Shown piece by piece: positions 58,630 to 64,000 of a stretch of DNA of 64,000 nucleotides; positions within the stretch are counted from its first letter, which is position 1, and every line of letters begins with the position of its first letter. The translations under genes were made by a program, and so were the position numbers. The stretch is from Penicillus capitatus. Lineage: Eukaryota; Plantae; Chlorophyta. The notes beneath the pieces were generated by a model, which was not told where the DNA came from, searched no databases, and worked only from the letters and a program-made list of their open reading frames with translations. The stretch spans positions 542,301 through 606,300 of the forward strand of contig OZ287704.1 in the NCBI GenBank assembly GCA_965649825.1, read 5' to 3'.

Positions 58630-59515
58630 GTGCGTTTTAGTTGTTGTGGGTATTTCAATTACCTCCACAAGCGTAACCGTGTAGCGTTTCTGCAAGTCTC
58701 TGTTTCATTTTATCTTTGAGCTTTTGAGAATGCTGGACCTGTACTAACTGGATTATACAATCTGGATGATGTAGTATTGAATCGATCACATTTTGTCCTC
58801 ATATTTTTTCATAAAAAGATTGTGAAGCTGTTTAGGCCATCTTTATGGCAATTGTACAGACACATGTTCAAGCTGTTTAGGCCATCTTTGTGGCAATTGT
58901 ACAGACACAGTAGACGATGCAGCTTGCGATAACGAACGCGTCGAAAACGCAGAATAGGATGTCCCTTATGCATCCATTTGCAGGTTGCTAAAGCTGCGTT
59001 CGATTGACTCGGTTAAACCTGCAGGACTCAGAGAACAACGAAGAAGCTCAAGCATATACTACTGCTACCCAAATGGCAGCATCTCTTACAGACTGTCATT
59101 TAAAACTAAAGAAAGAATATCCAAGACTACAGAAATTTCATGAACGCGTGCGCAGGTTCGGCACTAACCCAGTGTGGGGAGAGGTCGTCGGCACAGATGG
59201 ATGCTCCTGAATGCACAAACAGTTCAAGGACGAACAAGAAAGATCCGTACTTGCCCGTATCATCTCGCAGTACGTTTTGATGTTCGGATGGTCTTCGAAG
59301 GTCATCCCAGACCTTGCTAGAATCAAAAGCATCGACGTTAACATCGCATCTTGCAAAACGTCGCGCTTGCAGACAGCGCCAATTGCCAAAGAGCAGCACC
59401 AGCGAGAGTGAATGCGTCTGTTGCTGCGTGTTTCTGCGCACCCAGATATGTATCCCACAGAGCCATCTCTGCCTGGAAGCACACACGGCTGATCTGATGC
59501 TCCAGTCGGTGGATG
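58630..59515 (-). repeat. Composite repeat, block A, right copy
   Basis: Reverse-complement homology to 34645-35540; 45-bp tandem duplication at 58825/58870. Confidence 0.85.
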
Positions 59516-61430
59516 ATACTTTAGTCTCCTCGATCTGCTGTTGATCATGTTGTTTTTCCAGTTCCTCTGTGACACGATTTGGATGCTTCCTGCTGATAAG
59601 CAGATCGATAGTCTACCATAAGATAAGTGTCGTTTCGTTGCTTTACAGCTGTTACGATGGCATCGAAGCATCGTTGCAACACCTAGGCCCGAGCATCTAT
59701 CGAAGGATAGGGGATATGCGTGCAATAACGACTTTTGTCTTTTCGATCGGATCCGACGGGAGAAGCGGTTTTCGGCGTACTGATTTTCCAAGTACATGAC
59801 GATGACATCCGACTCGTCAGCACGACATCTCCATCTCTAAACGTTGGAAGTTGTCCTCTCGGATTCAATGAGATGACTGGTTATTTGTGTTCCTCTAGAT
59901 TTTACAACATGTTGTCTGCGACAGAGATGGGGTGAAGAACGTGACTCTTAGAAAATTCGAGGAGTTTGCCCTAGCGCGGAAGCCACTTTTCTTACAAGAC
60001 GGTCATCGCTCGACAGCAGTAGACAGATCCTGACCCCCAGTAAATCAAACGGTCATGCGCCCTCGCCCTCGCCCTCGCGATTCTTCGACGCTCAAATGAT
60101 TCTAAGAGGATATGGTAAATACGCATCAATTTCTGAAAAGTCTGATGGCAATGCGGCGGAACAGGAAGGAGGCCTTTTCACACTACCCAGGAGAGAAGAC
60201 GTTCTTCGGAAAGCTCCGAATCTGGACAGCTTATTGATCCATGACCTTCGCAGATGGTCAGATCTGGAAAAGGATTCAGATCACGCGCCTTCGAGACCGG
60301 CCATCGTCCTACCACTGCAGATCGGGGAACTCTATGTACAGGAGAGCAGCCATGTACATTCCAGTTCTCTCTCTTGTTACACCTTGGTTGGCATCGCCCC
60401 TTGCCAGCTGCGTGCGAAACAGGAAGTTCGCAAGGCAGCTGTGGATATGTTCCTCGTCTGCTCTCGAAGACACAGGTAGCCCTTCGGGATAAGGCCGTGC
60501 AGACGGAGGGATCGCGCGATGCATAAGAGGAGACTACTCGTATGTCTTTTGTCGTCGACTCGACCAACCCGAGTAACTTAATCTTCCAAATAGGCAGGCA
60601 GCACGACGCAGGTAGTTTTCCGTGCTACGCGCACCGTGGCGTCGACCCCGCGAAAACGATCCAATCCTGAGAACTAGCGGCAACTCGATCATTTGAACTG
60701 GAGACTGTGAGATGGCGACCGAGAGGAACAGATGTTCGACGGTCGAGCAGAAGAGGACGAAGTCATCTACAGTACTTTTACAGTTTCCCATCAATCTGGT
60801 ATTCACTGAACGGATTAAACATTGCGCTGCGAGAAATCAGAACGCCGCACTTCACGCAATGCCTCGATCGCTTTCACACACCTTCCATCTGCCCGATGCT
60901 GCATGCACATTAGTTCTTCTCGGAGCCAATCTTCCAAAGCGATTCGCGGCCAGTTCTCGCTCCTTCCAGGTCTGAAGCTCTTCGTTAAATAGATAACAGT
61001 GCAGCTTACGGAGTACCAAATAAGGCACTAGGACGGACGTATCTAAGTCACAGAACGCATCTCCGACTCGGACGTCAATGTTATAATTCTCCGAGGCTTC
61101 TAGTATGTGTGCAGGATTCCGCGATCGACTCCCTTTTCAGGCTCTGATACGGTGCCGACCTTTGTAAGCATCTGAGATCCTGTCCCAGAGAAAGACAGCA
61201 GCAAACGGATGAACGAGTCGTCACAAAGTCTGCCAAAAAGATTTCTGATTACGCGCTACGTCTGCTTCGGCGCGGAAGATAGTGAATGATCTGTCATGGC
61301 GGGTTGCCGCTGTTAATCGCTCTCTTTTCCCGGGACAACCTGAACCACTTGTCCACTGTCTTGATCCCCGAACTCTCCGGGGGATAGCGCCGAGGATGGG
61401 ACTCGCTCGCTTTTGAACGAGAGAATTCGT

Positions 61431-61715
61431 TCACGCAAAACAGAGTGCTCTAGACCGAGTGAGCCTCTGCATCGACAGATATGCGAGAGCGATTAGACGA
61501 GATCCGCCAACTGAACGCAAGCGGGTTCGGAGATCGGCTGACCTGCGCAGTTCAAGGTACTCGACAAATGCACCGATGAAGTCGTTCTCGAGCTTCGAGC
61601 AGGCCGCAATGGCTTTCGAAGATGTCATTTCCTCCAATGCGCCTTCCAAGTCGCCAGAAGACACGGCCTCAAAACGGCGATCGACAGAGCAGACATAGCG
61701 AGCGGCCGCAGACAC
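61431..61715 (-). CDS. Possible small or fragmentary helical coding region, unknown
   Basis: Protein-like composition only (FEAVSSGDLEGALEEM...FIGAFVEYLELRR); no family recognised. Confidence 0.25.
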   Translation of the reverse strand: MSAAARYVCSVDRRFEAVSSGDLEGALEEMTSSKAIAACSKLENDFIGAFVEYLELRRSADLRTRLRSVGGSRLIALAYLSMQRLTRSRALCFA

Positions 61716-61903
61716 GTGTTTTCGTCACGTCAAGAATTAAAAATCGTCTTCAAGAACAAGAATCGTTCTTGCGCAGAACACACTGCGAGTCATGGCTATT
61801 TACGCTGAAAACAAAAAAGTCACGTCACTGATTCTAACCCGAACTATGTCTTCGGTTCGCTTGGAAAGAGAAAAAACTTCTAACGAATCTGATGTCGATC
61901 CGC

Positions 61904-64000
61904 TTATGTTTCTGATGACAGATTCTCAGATTGCCCACGTCTCCTTCTGAACCTGTTCATCAGATGATTGTACTCGTAGCTCATCCAGTGCGGCAAGACA
62001 CCGAAGACTCCTGCATCGGGATCAGCGTCGTCTTCTCCTTCCCTCAGTATCTGCTTCAAGTACTCGACGACGAACTTCAGAATGTGATATGCGAAAACGA
62101 TAAAAACGACAAGATTCAGCAAGACACAGGCGGCGGTGAGCAATTCTCGGGTGGTGTTATCTGTAAAATCCTCTTCCTTGAGCATGGCTGCGGCCAGTGT
62201 TGTCACCAGGGACGCAAACAGGGACACGACTTCGAATCTGTTCAGATCTTCGAATCTCCGACGGTAGGGCGCTGTCGCGATTTGTGCGACGATGGCGAGT
62301 ATGATGAAGTGGGCCAGTCCTGTGATCGGCAGCACACTGTCGAAGAGGTGTGCGCAGAACACGAGAAAGGCAATGGACACCTTTCTCGCAACGACAGCCA
62401 CCTCCCAGTATCGACGGCGTCCCAATCTGTAGCTTCGATACAGGAATCCCATCGTTTCGTAGACCCAGCCGTTCTTGTCCTTGAGGCACTCGACGGGACT
62501 GCTGAGAAAGATACCGAAGAGGATCAGCAATCCGCCGTACACAGGACACGCGTATGCCAGGACGACGAAGTAAAGCAGTTTGAGATGATCGCCTTCGTAG
62601 CACTTCAAACTCGTATCCACCGCCCAGTACTTCGTCGTGCTGCTGTCTCCGACAGCTGGAGAATCGTAGACGCTGATGCAGAGGCCGACGCTCAATGCCG
62701 TCTTGAGCACTGACACGAAGGTGATGTACCACAGCACCATCAACGACAAGAGCCATCTCTTCTTCATGTAGTATCGCGGTCTGTTTGTTCTCAACTTCGC
62801 CGATTTCATCGCCCAGAACGCGATCCAGAAGAGCAGTGTGGCTGCTGGAATGACACAGACATTGACGACGGCGGCTGATATCGTCGGATGCAGGGACGGG
62901 TTATCGGAGCTTAGGCACACGACTGAGCGGCGATTTCCGTCAGACGCAAGGCCGCTGACGTACTCTACAACGCGAATGACTGACTCGCGCAGAGTGCTCG
63001 ACTCTTGATCTCACCTGCAGCTTCTGCCACGACGATCAGAGGTATTGCCCATCCCACATCCAGGGAAGAAAGCAGCACAGTCACCTGAACGTAGCTGAGT
63101 GTGATCTGAGGAAACATCGATCATCCGTCAGAGAAGCGTTCGATTGCACATACCTTGAACATTTCGACGGCCTTCCACTTCGTGAGGACCTTCTCGGATA
63201 CCGGGACTCCATCGGCCGCCCGATCCTGCTGCACTCAGTCGATAGAGCGCAGAAGATTCATTGAAACTTGCCTGTTCTTCCAGTAGTGGAGCATCGACCT
63301 GTCCGGCAGACGACGGCATTGCTCGCTGGCGGTGAAGCAATCTTTCTCTTCCGCGCGGAACGCTGAGGGTGCCGCGGATGGTGATGCCGGTCAGACCGAC
63401 CAGAAACAACACCGACAGCAAAATGAAGAAGACACTGAAGAAGCCTTCGAAGCACCTTTTGCACTTCGAGGACAAACCCGTCCCGTAGCCGTGCTCACAA
63501 GATCCACACAGTGGACCAGTGTAACCCTGCAATAAACGAACCGACGATCTCCCGAATCCGAGACCCGAAGACGATTGCTTGCCTTTGCACACTGGGATTG
63601 CGTGTAGTTCTGTATCCAGGCTTCGTCGGAGGGGCAGCTGTCCAACTCCTCAGTAAGCTTCGTCAGTTCGTCTGAACGGCCTTCGAATCTGCAGGCATGC
63701 GACGTCAGACACTTCCGCAGATGCGCCGAGCACGGTGTCTTCTGCCAGTATCCTTCGTCTGGTAGTATAATACGACCCTCGCAGTTGCCATTCATTGGAC
63801 ATGGATGGCAGACGTTCGCCGTGTGAACGAAGTTGTAGGTTGTGCTGCTGCAATCGGCGCAGAGGGAACCAGCGGACACCACTTCGCCGATCGAACAGTT
63901 TCTGACGCTCACGACAATCGATATACTCTCGACCGCCTCATCATCGAACTGTAAGGTCAGATTGTGATCTCCTGCCGGGACGAAGCCTCTGATGCCGCGG
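61904..64000 (-). CDS. Intact-ended twin of the Pmp-like TM gene (3' exons; 5' part beyond the right edge)
   Basis: Near-identical to 868-2898 and continues to its own stop (...MSYEYNHLMNRFRRRRGQSENLSSET*). Confidence 0.88.

Noticed and set aside
55924-58695. Many long ORFs (e.g. 55956-57281, 441 aa) in the satellite
   Set aside because: By-products of stop-poor GC-rich repeats, open in several frames on both strands; no domain signal.
1-64000. tRNA or rRNA genes
   Set aside because: No cloverleaf or rRNA-like conserved segments recognised by eye; tRNAscan-SE and barrnap were not run.

Overview
Compact eukaryotic genomic DNA with short (~45-55 nt) GT-AG introns and a plastid-type trigger factor, so a photosynthetic eukaryote; a green alga is my inference. 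Recognisable housekeeping genes: STE24 CAAX protease, trigger factor, SPF27/BCAS2 and two RCC1-family genes. They sit in a mosaic of local duplications: Pmp-like beta-helix membrane protein x2 plus a fragment, multi-MATH gene x2, Cys-rich membrane protein x2, gene fragments, an inverted composite repeat and a 2.7-kb GCCGGC satellite. Three different LTR families are present. Two highlights. (1) An intact Ty3/Gypsy retrotransposon at 7308-13758 (apparently identical 157-bp LTRs, GCAG TSD). Its Gag-PR ORF starts at the LTR/PBS junction with a signal peptide and a degenerate AAA+ domain resembling Torsin/LAP1-LULL1, then membrane segments, capsid-like region, zinc knuckle and protease; pol follows via a -1 frameshift at A AAA AAC. 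(2) The first 867 bp are a phage-type replication module (initiator C-terminal domain plus DnaB-like helicase) fused mid-gene to the 3' end of an algal gene whose intact twin lies 61,102 bp downstream. This is either real viral/bacterial DNA integration or a chimeric assembly. All domain assignments are by-eye motif comparisons; no searches were run.
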